This document shows, one piece after another, positions 52,925 through 62,847 of a DNA stretch of 64,000 nucleotides (position 1 is the stretch's first letter; each line of letters opens with the position of its first letter). Both the position numbers and the translations under genes were made by a program. Source of the stretch: Hyalangium minutum (GTDB lineage Bacteria; Myxococcota; Myxococcia; Myxococcales; Myxococcaceae); the NCBI RefSeq assembly GCF_000737315.1, contig NZ_JMCB01000013.1:186001-250000 (forward strand), given 5' to 3'. Below the pieces are notes generated by a model. The model was not told the origin of the DNA. It saw only the letters and a program-made list of their open reading frames with translations, and searched no databases.

Positions 52925-52968
52925 AGGGCCCCGGCGCTCCCTCCACCAAGGGAGCCACGCGGGGCCCT
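52925..52968. terminator. Hairpin between the convergent thioesterase and nuoB genes
   Basis: AGGGCCCCG / CGGGGCCCT outer stem and GCTCCCT / AGGGAGC inner stem. Confidence 0.6.
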
Positions 52969-52993
52969 GGAGCCTCACACCCCGAGGGGCGCG

Positions 52994-53560
<567 letters not shown>

Positions 53561-53566
53561 GGTTCC

Positions 53567-53935
53567 TCAGCTCTCCCACTCGAGAGCGCCCTTCTTCCAA
53601 ACGTAGATAAGGCCCACCACCAGGGTTGCAGCGAAAACCACCATCTCGGTGTAGCCGAACCAGCCGAGCGCCTGGAAGTTCACCGCCCAGGGGTACAGGA
53701 ACACGGCTTCGACGTCGAACACGATGAAGAGCAGCGCAACGACGTAGAACTTCACCGCGAACCGCTGCCGCGCCATGCCGCTGGACTCGGAGCCGGCCTC
53801 GAAGGTCATCGACTTGACCGCGCTCGGCCGCCGAGGGCCCAGCAAGCCGGCGAGGGTGGGGATGATCAGCGCCAGCACGCCAGACAGCAGCAGCACCACT
53901 GCCAGCGGCAGATAAGGGGTGAGAGGAGTTTCCAT
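53567..53935 (-). CDS. nuoA: NADH:quinone oxidoreductase subunit A
   Basis: FEAG, FYVVALLFIVFDVEAVFLYPWA and YVWKKGALEW. Confidence 0.97.
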   Translation of the reverse strand: METPLTPYLPLAVVLLLSGVLALIIPTLAGLLGPRRPSAVKSMTFEAGSESSGMARQRFAVKFYVVALLFIVFDVEAVFLYPWAVNFQALGWFGYTEMVVFAATLVVGLIYVWKKGALEWES

Positions 53936-54175
53936 CGGCGGCGGACCCTAGTGACACCCGCCACCTCTGTCAAAGGGAAACTCGGTCTCCTCACACCGTA
54001 AACCGTTGAGATAACAGCGAAAAGGCACCCTGACCCTGATCCCGCCTCTTCGGCCACGCCCCTGGGGACGGTGGCAGGTGAGGGAGGGAGCAACCGGGCA
54101 CGCACGGGGTGTTTGACGCTCTCGGGTCCAGGCGCCTACCGTCGCACCGTCGCGCGAACTCGGGAGAACCAGGGC

Positions 54176-55726
54176 ATGTGGGGTCGGCTCAGTCTACGGT
54201 GGCAGGTGGCACTCGCGGTGCTGGTGCCCACCATCGTCATTTCCGCCCTCACCAGCTTCTACTTCCCGCGGAAGCAGATGGAGATCGGCCGGCACCGGCT
54301 GAAGGAGCGGGGTCTCGCGGTGGGGCTGCTGGCCCAGCAACAAGCGGCCGCCATCCTCTCGGAGCCCGAGGCCCTGCGCACGGACCGCTTTCAGCAGCTC
54401 TTTGATCAGGTGGAGAAGGGCGGCAACGTCTCCATGCAGGCGGTGCTCGAGCCCGCAGGCGGCACACTGATCCAGCGCGGCAACCTGCCGCTCGGGAGCA
54501 CCGCCCTGAAGGGCGGCGAGGGGTGCGCGGACGCGTTCCTCGAGGGCACCCTGATCGTGAGCTGCTCGCTGCCGGATGGGCGCGCCTACCTCGTGGGCAT
54601 GGATGCCTCGGTGGTGCACCACGAGGAGGTCAATGCCTTCATGCTGTCCGGCGGACTCGTCTACAGCGCCGCGGCGCTGATCGGCCTGGCGCTGGCCTTC
54701 TTCATCGGCCGGGCCATCACCGAGCCGGTGTCGCGGATGACGGAGGCCGCCATCGAGGTGGCCAAGGGTGACGTGTCCCGCAGCACGCTGGAGGTGACGA
54801 CGGCCGCGGGCGAGGTGAAGCAGATGGCGCAGTCGTTCAGCGAGATGCTGACCACGCTGCGCGGCACGGTGGCGGAGCTGGTGTCCCGCACCGAGCAGCT
54901 GTCCAGCGCCTCGCGCGGGCTGACGGGGGCCTCGGCGGATCAGGAGCACGTCATCAGCCAGCAGGCGGCGTACGCGCAGCAGATCGCCGCCACCTTTGAG
55001 GAGCTGAGTCGCACCGCCGAGCAGATCTCCAGCTCCACGGAGGTGGTGGAGTCCAGCGCGCGCCGCACGCACGAGGCGGTGGCCGAGGCCATGGCCGTAG
55101 TGGCGCAGGTGGTGGCCGGCATCAACGACATCCGCATCGAGGCCAAGGGCGTGGCCGAGGCCATCGTCGGGCTGAACCAGGACTTGCAGCAGGTGGGGAA
55201 GATCGCCCAGGTGATCAACCAGGTGGCGGAGCGCTCGGACCTGCTGGCGCTCAACGCGGCGCTCGAGGGCACCAAGGCGGGCGAGGTGGGCCGCGGCTTC
55301 TCGCTGGTAGCCGCGGAGATGCGCAAGCTGGCGGAGAACGTGTCCGGCTCGGCGCGAGACATCGCCCGCATCGTCGAGAAGGTGCAGGACTCCGGCGAGG
55401 AGGCCGCGCAGAAGGCCCGCGTGGGCATGGCCACCTCGGATCGCGGCGTGGAGGTGGCCGAGCAGGCCTCCTCCGTGTTCGAGCGGATCGTCGAGCTGGC
55501 GCGCGGTACCAGCGAGGCGGCGCGGCAGATCACCATCGCCACGCGGCAGCAGCGCCAGTCCAGCGAGCAGGCTGTGCAGGGCGCTCGCAACGTGGCCGAG
55601 CTGGTGAAGCAGGGCGTGGATGCCACGGGCCGCACCACCCGCATTGCTCAGGATCTGCAGGCGGTGGCCGAGGGGCTCACCGCCGTCACCAGCCGCTTCA
55701 AGGTCGCCCGCGACGAGCGGTCCTGA
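54176..55726 (+). CDS. Methyl-accepting chemotaxis protein (orphan)
   Basis: Two TM helices, HAMP (ITEPVSRM) and signalling tip LLALNAALEG.KAGE.GRGFSLVAAEMRKLAE. Confidence 0.93.
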   Translation: MWGRLSLRWQVALAVLVPTIVISALTSFYFPRKQMEIGRHRLKERGLAVGLLAQQQAAAILSEPEALRTDRFQQLFDQVEKGGNVSMQAVLEPAGGTLIQRGNLPLGSTALKGGEGCADAFLEGTLIVSCSLPDGRAYLVGMDASVVHHEEVNAFMLSGGLVYSAAALIGLALAFFIGRAITEPVSRMTEAAIEVAKGDVSRSTLEVTTAAGEVKQMAQSFSEMLTTLRGTVAELVSRTEQLSSASRGLTGASADQEHVISQQAAYAQQIAATFEELSRTAEQISSSTEVVESSARRTHEAVAEAMAVVAQVVAGINDIRIEAKGVAEAIVGLNQDLQQVGKIAQVINQVAERSDLLALNAALEGTKAGEVGRGFSLVAAEMRKLAENVSGSARDIARIVEKVQDSGEEAAQKARVGMATSDRGVEVAEQASSVFERIVELARGTSEAARQITIATRQQRQSSEQAVQGARNVAELVKQGVDATGRTTRIAQDLQAVAEGLTAVTSRFKVARDERS

Positions 55727-55763
55727 GTCCGCTCCCGAGCGCCGCCGAGAGGGCTCTCGAGGC

Positions 55764-56144
55764 CTACCGCGGCTCCTCTTGATCCGAGTCTTTGGGGACC
55801 AGCGTGTGTACCTGGTCGAGGAGCTGTTGCAAGGAGAAGGGCTTCTTGAGGAACCCGGACCACCCATGGTCCTTGGGCTTCACCGTGGGCGCGATGGCGC
55901 TCATGATGAGGACGGGGAGCTTCTCGAAGGCAGGCTTCTGGCGGATGGCCTTGAGCGTCTCGTAGCCGTTCATCACCGGCATCATGATGTCCAGGATGGC
56001 CAGGTCCGGCGTGTGCTCCTCCAGGCACTTGAGCGCCTCGCGGCCGTTGCCGCACGTCAAGACGCGGTAGCGCTCCTCCTCGAGGATCGCCTTGACCGCC
56101 TCGGCGATGTCCAGCTCGTCATCGACGATGAGCACCGTCTTCAT
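55764..56144 (-). CDS. Stand-alone response regulator receiver
   Basis: LIVDDE, ILDIMMP and FLKKPF; the ATG overlaps the upstream stop. Confidence 0.93.
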   Translation of the reverse strand: MKTVLIVDDELDIAEAVKAILEEERYRVLTCGNGREALKCLEEHTPDLAILDIMMPVMNGYETLKAIRQKPAFEKLPVLIMSAIAPTVKPKDHGWSGFLKKPFSLQQLLDQVHTLVPKDSDQEEPR

Positions 56145-57727
56145 GAGCGCCTCCGCCGCCGCAGGCCGCCCCGCTTGCCCTTCTTCTTCGCCTCAGAAAT
56201 CTCCATGGGCGGGGAGACCTCCTTGTCCTTCTTGTCCGTGCCTCCGTTACGCACGCGCGCGTGGCCGGTGAGGATGTTCTCCGCGCTCTGGAAGGTGTCC
56301 GCCATGCGGATGCCCTCATCGGTGATGGAGAACTCGCGGATGCCGCTGTCGTACTGGCTCTCGCGCATCTTCATGATGGAGATGAGCCGGTACAGCTGCG
56401 AGCGCAGCTCCACGTAGCGCAGCAGGATGATGTTCTCCACGTAGGCGGCGGACTCGGCCAGCGGGGTCTCCACTCCGGGGCTGAGCAGGGGCGTCTCCTC
56501 GGAATAGAGCGTGGTGGCGTCCAGCATCCGCAGTTGGTGCGAGAGCGCGGAGAAGAAGCGCCCCATGCGATCCGGGTACACGGCGGCGGAGCGGAAGCCG
56601 GACACGCCGTCGATGAAGAGGCGGATCCGCTTCACGTTGCGCTCGTGGAGGCGCTCCAGGAGCCGCTCGGCCAGCGAATCCATGTTGTGCTCCAGCGGGG
56701 GCTGCCACTGGATCTCGATGAGGCCCTTGTCCACGTACTTCTTGAGGTCCTTCATGCCCACGCCCGCAGCCTTCTCCATCAGGCGCGGAGGCGTCTCGTA
56801 GAAGCCGAAGTAGACACCGGGCTGGCCCTCGCGGGCGCCCTGGAGCAGGAAGTGGAGCCCCAGCAGCGTCTTGCCCGTGCCGGGCGCGCCCAGGAGCATG
56901 GTGGTGGAGCCGGACAGCACGCCGCCCCGGAGCGACTCGTCCAGGCGGGGGATGCCGAAGGACATGCGGATGCGGTCCCCGGGGCTGTCCTCCTGGGGGT
57001 TGGCGAACTGCACCTCGGTGCGGGGGTGGATGACTATCCCCCGCTCGGAGATCTCCACCTCGTGCCGGCCGAGCAGCGAGTCGCTGCCGCGGAACTTCAG
57101 CGCGACAAGCTCCCGCACCGCGCGCGGTCCGGAGAGCCAGAGCGACAGCTCGAAGACACCGTCCACCGCGGTGTTCTCCGGGTGGGTGTCGCCCTCCTGG
57201 TGCGGAGAGAGCAGCAGGGTGGTGCAGCCGAGGATGCTCGTGAAGGCCTGCAGGTCCTGGAGGAAGCGCTTGAAGGACAGATCCGAGCGGGCGAACTCCT
57301 TGGCCGCGTCCATGCCGTCGATGATGAGCAGGGACACCTGGTTTTGCTGGGCCGTGCGTCGCACCATGTCCAGCAGGGCCTTGAGGCCGTCCTTCTCCAG
57401 CTCGGGGTAGCCGCTGACGTAGTGGAGCTTTTCGGGGATGACGCTCCGGTCGAAGAAGGTCATCTCCTCGATGTTGGCCAGCATGCGGGCGTGAGACTCC
57501 GTCAGGAGCGTCACGTAGAGGGCACGGCCGCCCTCCTTCACATGGTTGAAGGCGATCTGGTTGGCCAGCACCGTCTTGCCTGAGCCGGGAGGCCCCAAAA
57601 TGGCGTACGAGGAGCCTCTCAGCAGGCCGCCTTTGGTGATGAAGTCCAGCCGGGGCACTCGGGTGATGAGCCGCTTGTGCTCGGCCTTGCGGTCCTGCTC
57701 ACCGTGCCCCTTCTCTTGAGACGACAC
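56141..57727 (-). CDS. Double-domain KaiC-like (RAD55/RecA-fold) ATPase
   Basis: Two P-loops, GPPGSGKT and GAPGTGKT; LIIDG and LFIDG; KFRGS and KMRES; REFSIT..GI; ILTG. Confidence 0.88.
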   Translation of the reverse strand: MSSQEKGHGEQDRKAEHKRLITRVPRLDFITKGGLLRGSSYAILGPPGSGKTVLANQIAFNHVKEGGRALYVTLLTESHARMLANIEEMTFFDRSVIPEKLHYVSGYPELEKDGLKALLDMVRRTAQQNQVSLLIIDGMDAAKEFARSDLSFKRFLQDLQAFTSILGCTTLLLSPHQEGDTHPENTAVDGVFELSLWLSGPRAVRELVALKFRGSDSLLGRHEVEISERGIVIHPRTEVQFANPQEDSPGDRIRMSFGIPRLDESLRGGVLSGSTTMLLGAPGTGKTLLGLHFLLQGAREGQPGVYFGFYETPPRLMEKAAGVGMKDLKKYVDKGLIEIQWQPPLEHNMDSLAERLLERLHERNVKRIRLFIDGVSGFRSAAVYPDRMGRFFSALSHQLRMLDATTLYSEETPLLSPGVETPLAESAAYVENIILLRYVELRSQLYRLISIMKMRESQYDSGIREFSITDEGIRMADTFQSAENILTGHARVRNGGTDKKDKEVSPPMEISEAKKKGKRGGLRRRRRS

Positions 57728-57748
57728 ACTCCCTCCTTCTGAAGCGCC

Positions 57749-58861
57749 TCAGTAGCGTTCGGTCCGGCGCAGGGGCAGCAGCACCTGGAAGGTGGCGCCC
57801 TGGCCGGGCTCGCTGGTGACCGAGATGGTCCCCCCGTGAGCCGTGACGATTTCCTTGGCGATGTAAAGGCCGAGCCCCAGGCTCTCGGACTGACGGGCCG
57901 TGGTAGCCCGCTCGAAGCGGTCGAAGATACGGGCCTGATCCTGAGGAGCGATCCCGATGCCATGATCCCTGACGAGGATGACGGCCCATTCCGGGCGCTC
58001 CTCCACGTGGATCTGCACGGGCCGGCCGCCGCCGTATTTGATGGCATTGGTGACCAGGTTGGTCAGCACCTGCTCCAGGCGAAGCCGATCTCCGAAGAGG
58101 ATGATGGGCTCGTGGTGCAGCTCGAACTGGAGTTCCACGCCCACGGCGCGGGCTTGGGCTTCGAGCCGCAGGGCCAGATCTCCGGTCAGCTCCACCAAGT
58201 CCAACGCGCTGATGTCCAGCCGGAGCTTGTGGCTGGTGACGCGGGACACGTCCAGCAGCGTGTCCAGCAGCTGTTGCAGCCGATCGATCTGGCGGAGGGC
58301 GGGGGTGAGGCTCTTCTCGACGGTGGTCTTGGGGATGGTTTCGGTGGCGCCGCGGGTGGTCAGGTAGAGCGTGCGCTCCAGGTGGAGGCGCAGGGCGGTG
58401 AGCGGGGTCTTCAGCTCGTGGGCGGCGACGGAGAGAAACTCGTCTCGCTCGCGGATGGCGCCCTGGGCGCGGCTCTGGAGGCGCAGGAGCGCCTCGATGT
58501 TGGCCAGGAGCTCCTCCTCTTCCATGGGAGTGGTCCAGTAGGCGTCCGCACCGTGAGCCAGGCCCCGGATGCGGTCCTCACGCTGGACGGAGACGGCGGA
58601 GAGGTGGGCAATGAGGAGATCTTGGGTCTCCTCATGGTTGCGAAGGCGCCGGCAGACCTCGTAGCCATCGATGTCGGGCAGGTGAACGTCCAGGAGGACG
58701 AGGTCCGGCCTGCCCTCGGCGATGGACAGGGCCTGCTTGCCGTTCTTGGCCTCGAGGACCTGGTAGCCGGCCATGCGCAGCATGTGGCTGACCATGTAGA
58801 GGGTCGCAGGGTGATCGTTGACGTTGAGGATGGTCGCCTTGGGAGGCGGCCGCTCACCCAT
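57749..58861 (-). CDS. Hybrid sensor kinase (atypical REC-HisKA-HATPase)
   Basis: H box AHELKTPL, N box NLVTNAIKY, DHGIGI and GLGLYI; the N-terminal receiver has NVND and YWTTP. Alternative start at 58879. Confidence 0.92.
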   Translation of the reverse strand: MGERPPPKATILNVNDHPATLYMVSHMLRMAGYQVLEAKNGKQALSIAEGRPDLVLLDVHLPDIDGYEVCRRLRNHEETQDLLIAHLSAVSVQREDRIRGLAHGADAYWTTPMEEEELLANIEALLRLQSRAQGAIRERDEFLSVAAHELKTPLTALRLHLERTLYLTTRGATETIPKTTVEKSLTPALRQIDRLQQLLDTLLDVSRVTSHKLRLDISALDLVELTGDLALRLEAQARAVGVELQFELHHEPIILFGDRLRLEQVLTNLVTNAIKYGGGRPVQIHVEERPEWAVILVRDHGIGIAPQDQARIFDRFERATTARQSESLGLGLYIAKEIVTAHGGTISVTSEPGQGATFQVLLPLRRTERY

Positions 58862-59050
58862 GTTTCCTGGCGCGTTCACAAAGTCTTTCCGCGAGGGAGA
58901 CTGTGTACCGTCGTTCAGAAGCGGAATCCCACCAGGAAGTTTTTACGTCCGAATCCCTTCAAGCCTCCCCCCCGGTGTTGCTTGGTAGGCAGTCATGCGA
59001 TGAGGTGTGAGATAGGCAACGTCTGAAGAGAGAGCCGCTCGTCACGCCCC

Positions 59051-59872
59051 TCAAGAAATGGCAGCGCGGGAGCGGAGCTTCTGGAACTGCTCCGGGGGCA
59101 TGGAGGCCGTGCCCAGATGCCGCCCCGGCGCCACCTTCTCTCCGTGGAAGTCGCTGCCCGCCGTGGGCACCAGCTCGAACTCCTTCGCCAGTGCCATGTA
59201 CTTCTCCCGCACGCTCGGGTTGTGGTCCGAGTGGTACACCTCCAGCCCCGAGAGCCCGGCCTTCGCCAGTTGCGCGATCTCCATCCGGTTCATCTTCGAG
59301 GTGCCCGGGTGCGCCAGCGTCGCGGTGCCGCCCGCGTTCCGGATCAGCTGGATGGCGTCCACCCCGTCCAGCCGGTAGCGGTCCACCCACGCAGGGCGTC
59401 CGTCTCCCAGGAAGCGGTCGAACGCCTCCTTTGTATCTACGCACCAGCCTTTCTCCACCAGCACCCGCGCCAGGTGCGGCCGGCCCAGGTGGGCCTTGTC
59501 CGCGATGGCGTACACGTCCTGCATCCGCACCGGGAAGCCGAGCTTGCGCATCTTCTCCACCATCTGCTCCATGCGCTGCTCGCGCTCGATGCGCAGCTTG
59601 TCGGCGAACTGGGAGATGTCCGGGTCCTCCGGCCGCAGGAAGTGCCCCAGAATGTGGGCCTCCCGCCCCAGCACGAACGCGGACAGCTCGATGCCGGGTA
59701 CCAGCTCCAGGCCCCGGGCCTTCGCCGCCGCCATCGCCGCCGCCAGCCCTGCCACCGTGTCGTGGTCTGTCACCGCCAGCACCGTCACCCCCGCTGCAGC
59801 CGCCATGCTCAGCAGCTCGTCGGGGGAGTGCTGTCCATCGCTTGCAGTGGTGTGGGAGTGCAGATCAATCAC
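59051..59872 (-). CDS. PHP-domain phosphoesterase (TrpH/YciV-like)
   Basis: DLHSHTTASDG, TDHDT, GIELS, HILGH, AHPG and GSDFHG. Confidence 0.92.
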   Translation of the reverse strand: MIDLHSHTTASDGQHSPDELLSMAAAAGVTVLAVTDHDTVAGLAAAMAAAKARGLELVPGIELSAFVLGREAHILGHFLRPEDPDISQFADKLRIEREQRMEQMVEKMRKLGFPVRMQDVYAIADKAHLGRPHLARVLVEKGWCVDTKEAFDRFLGDGRPAWVDRYRLDGVDAIQLIRNAGGTATLAHPGTSKMNRMEIAQLAKAGLSGLEVYHSDHNPSVREKYMALAKEFELVPTAGSDFHGEKVAPGRHLGTASMPPEQFQKLRSRAAIS

Positions 59873-60033
59873 GGCGTGCTCCAGGGTTCAGGGAGAAGGG
59901 GAGGGGCTCCTGTCTCTCTATCTACCTGAAGCCCGGTCCGGCGGCATGCCTGGGGGCGGACTGGCCATGACTGAACGCCTGCCCCCGAGTCCCTCACCGT
60001 GCCGGGCCGCCTGCGCGTAGAGTCCTCGACACC

Positions 60034-60300
60034 ATGGCCAAGACGGACGACACCATCGAGAACCGGGTCTATCTCTTCGAGTCGCTCGCGAGCAGCTACG
60101 TGGCGGCCGCCTCCGAGCTGCTGGGCTCCGACGACGCCTCCGTGCGCGAGCGGGCCCGGCGCGCCCTGGCGGAGCTGGCCTACGTCTCCTGCGTGGTGGC
60201 CGACACCCAGCACCTGTCCCCCGAGCAGGTTCGCGACCGCATCCTGGGCGCTCCCGAGCCGGAACCGGCCCCCAAGTCCAAGGCCGGGGGCCGCCGGTAG
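60034..60300 (+). CDS. Hypothetical helical protein
   Basis: 88 aa with high GC3; upstream of the DHS-like gene on the same strand. Confidence 0.65.
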   Translation: MAKTDDTIENRVYLFESLASSYVAAASELLGSDDASVRERARRALAELAYVSCVVADTQHLSPEQVRDRILGAPEPEPAPKSKAGGRR

Positions 60301-60347
60301 CGCGGATCGCTCCCCACAGCGCGCCGCGGATGGTATAGCCGCGCGCC

Positions 60348-61568
60348 ATGGCCAAGACCTCGAACCCGAAGAAGTCCCTCCGCGCTGCCTACTCGGGGGC
60401 GCGCAAGGCGGATCCCCGTCCCATCACCGGCAAGGAGAAGCCGGCTGAGCTGCTCGCCCATGCCTTCAGCGCCTACGTGGGCCGTCAGGAGCGCACCGCG
60501 TTCGAGCTCATGTCCAAGTCGGTGGAACAGGACGCGTCCATCTTCCTCACGCTGTCGGGCGCCATGACGCCGGCGGGCCTGCACCAGAGCTGCCTCATCC
60601 CACTCATCGAGAAGGGCGTCATCTCCGCGCTGACCACCACGGGCGCCAACCTCTACCACGATGCCCACCGCATCATCGGCCACGCCATTCGCGAGGTGAA
60701 CCCGAACGCGGGCGACCTTCAGTACCGGCTGGCGCGCATCATCCGCATCTACGACTTGGGCTTCTGGGAGGAGGCGCTGCTGGACACGGACCGGCTTTTC
60801 TCCGCCATCATCCGCGGCCCCGAGTTCCAGCGGAAGATGACCACCCCCGAGTTCCACTACTTGCTGGGCAAGGCCGTCTACCAGATCGAGAAGAAGCTGG
60901 GCGTGAAGCAGCCCTCGCTGCTGTCCACCTGCTACAAGCACGCAGTGCCCATCTGGGTGGGCGCGGTGCAGGACGGCTCGATCTTCCTGAACGTCGTGAA
61001 GCTCAAGCGCCTGCTGGGCGCCGAGTTCAAGTTCGAGCTCGACATCAACGACGACGTCTACTCCATGGCGGCGATGCAGCACTTCTGCCGCCACAACGGC
61101 TCCAAGCGGCTGGCGATCTGGATCCTCGGGGGTGGCGTGCCCAAGAACTACACGCTGCAGGGCGAGCCGCTGCTGGACCAGATCCTCAACGTGCCCACCA
61201 CGGGCTTCGACATCGACGTGCAGTTCTGCGTGGACCCGGTGGACAACGGGGCGCTGTCGAGCTGCCCGGCCGGTGAGGGCCACACCTGGGGCAAGGTCTC
61301 CGTGGAGGCCGTGGAGACGGGCTCGGTGTACGTGCACTGTGACGTGACGGCCGTGTTCCCCTGGCTCACGCACGCGCTGCTGTCCGAGCCGAAGAACAAG
61401 CGCAAGCCCATGCGGCTGATGGACAAGATGGGCGAGGCCATCTCCTTCCTGGACAAGGACGTGCGCAAGCGCAGCAAGGAGTTGATGAAGACGCTGGACT
61501 GGAGCATCCAGGACGCGGAGCCCTCGAAGGAAGAGGACGCCGAGAAGCACGAGGCTTACGTCCGCTAA
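60348..61568 (+). CDS. Deoxyhypusine-synthase-like protein (candidate homospermidine synthase)
   Basis: LSGAMTPAG, TTGANL, VGAVQDGSI, ILGGGVPKN, GALSSC..EGHTWGKV and CDVT.VFP. Confidence 0.9.
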   Translation: MAKTSNPKKSLRAAYSGARKADPRPITGKEKPAELLAHAFSAYVGRQERTAFELMSKSVEQDASIFLTLSGAMTPAGLHQSCLIPLIEKGVISALTTTGANLYHDAHRIIGHAIREVNPNAGDLQYRLARIIRIYDLGFWEEALLDTDRLFSAIIRGPEFQRKMTTPEFHYLLGKAVYQIEKKLGVKQPSLLSTCYKHAVPIWVGAVQDGSIFLNVVKLKRLLGAEFKFELDINDDVYSMAAMQHFCRHNGSKRLAIWILGGGVPKNYTLQGEPLLDQILNVPTTGFDIDVQFCVDPVDNGALSSCPAGEGHTWGKVSVEAVETGSVYVHCDVTAVFPWLTHALLSEPKNKRKPMRLMDKMGEAISFLDKDVRKRSKELMKTLDWSIQDAEPSKEEDAEKHEAYVR

Positions 61569-61592
61569 CCCGTTGTGCACAGGAGCACTGAC

Positions 61593-62039
61593 ATGAGCCA
61601 GCCCTCGCAGCCCACCGGTGTGGTGATGACCGCCATCACCGCTCCGGCCTTCAAGACGCAGCTTGAGCACGGGCCCTCGGGCTCGCGCATGAACACGGAG
61701 GCCCCCAAGGACAACGGCGGGACGGGGGCCTCGTTCTCGCCCACGGACTTGGTGGGCGCGGCGCTCGCCTCGTGCGCGGTGACGACGATGGCGCTGACCG
61801 CCTCGCGCGAGGGCATTCCCTTTGGGGAAGCCCGGGCCACGGTGGAGAAGCGGATGACGCCTCCGCCGCGCCGCATTGGCGAGCTGGTGCTGCAGATCCA
61901 GATGCCCGCGGGCCTGTCCAAGGCGCACCGGGCCCGGCTGGAGGAGGCTGCCCACGGCTGCCCCGTGGCACGAAGCCTCCACCCGGACCTGAAGCTGCCC
62001 GTCACCTTCACCTACCCGGACGAGCCCCGCGAGGGCTGA
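61593..62039 (+). CDS. OsmC/Ohr-family protein
   Basis: DNGG.G..FSPTDL..ALASC and HGCPVARSL; AGGAG RBS. Confidence 0.9.
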   Translation: MSQPSQPTGVVMTAITAPAFKTQLEHGPSGSRMNTEAPKDNGGTGASFSPTDLVGAALASCAVTTMALTASREGIPFGEARATVEKRMTPPPRRIGELVLQIQMPAGLSKAHRARLEEAAHGCPVARSLHPDLKLPVTFTYPDEPREG

Positions 62040-62166
62040 CGCTTGGGTGCCTGCTGACGCGCGTCTGAGCTTCCCTGCCTGGTGTCCAGGCACTGGGGCG
62101 CTGACGCCTGCAAGCCCCGGCGGGAATGCCAACCCTGGCAGGAGTCATCCGCCAGGGAGGCAGACC

Positions 62167-62703
62167 GTGGACGTCAAGCTGCTGGGCATCTACCTGAACG
62201 ATCATCTCGCCGGCTCGCACACGGGGCTCGAGCTCGCGCGCCGTGCGCACCGGGAGAACCGGGACAACGCAGTGGGGCGCTACCTCATCACGTTCATCAA
62301 GGAGCTGGAGGATGAGCGCACGGTGCTGCAGCAGATCATGCGTGCGCTGGGCGTGACCCGGAACGAGTTCAAGCACCTCGCGGGGTGGGTCATGGAGAAG
62401 GTGGCGCGGCTGAAGACCCACACCCATCTGGTGCACCGCACGCCCCTGACCCGGATGGTGGAGCTGGAGGCGCTGTCCATCGCGGTGATCGGCAAGCGCT
62501 CCATGTGGACCCTGCTGCAGCGGCACGCGCGAGTCGAGCGGCGGCTGGCGGGCTTTGACTTCGAGACGCTCATCGCCCAGGCGGAGTCGCAGCACGTGTC
62601 GCTGGACCGGCTGCGCCTGCAGGCCGCGGAGACAGCCTTCATGCAAGCGCCACTGCCCTCTGGCGTGGCCTCGCCCCTGGAGCACCCCGAACACGTGGGG
62701 TGA
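62167..62703 (+). CDS. Hypothetical helical-bundle (ferritin-like?) protein
   Basis: GGAGG RBS before GTG; YLNDHLAGS...ELE...GK..W pattern. The fold is an inference. Confidence 0.65.
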   Translation: MDVKLLGIYLNDHLAGSHTGLELARRAHRENRDNAVGRYLITFIKELEDERTVLQQIMRALGVTRNEFKHLAGWVMEKVARLKTHTHLVHRTPLTRMVELEALSIAVIGKRSMWTLLQRHARVERRLAGFDFETLIAQAESQHVSLDRLRLQAAETAFMQAPLPSGVASPLEHPEHVG

Positions 62704-62847
62704 AGCTGGCCCCGAGTCCACCCTGGATGTGGGCCTCCGGACAGGGGCAGGACAGGAGCGTGGAGTCCGCGACAGGCCTCCGGAATTTGCTTATCCGCCC
62801 GGCGGAGAGCTTCTGTACGTGGGAGCCCATCCTTCCACGGGCGGTGT

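Noticed and set aside
56141-57727. True circadian kaiC
   Set aside because: It lacks the paired Glu and the S-T phosphosites, and there is no kaiA or kaiB in the window, so no gene symbol was given.
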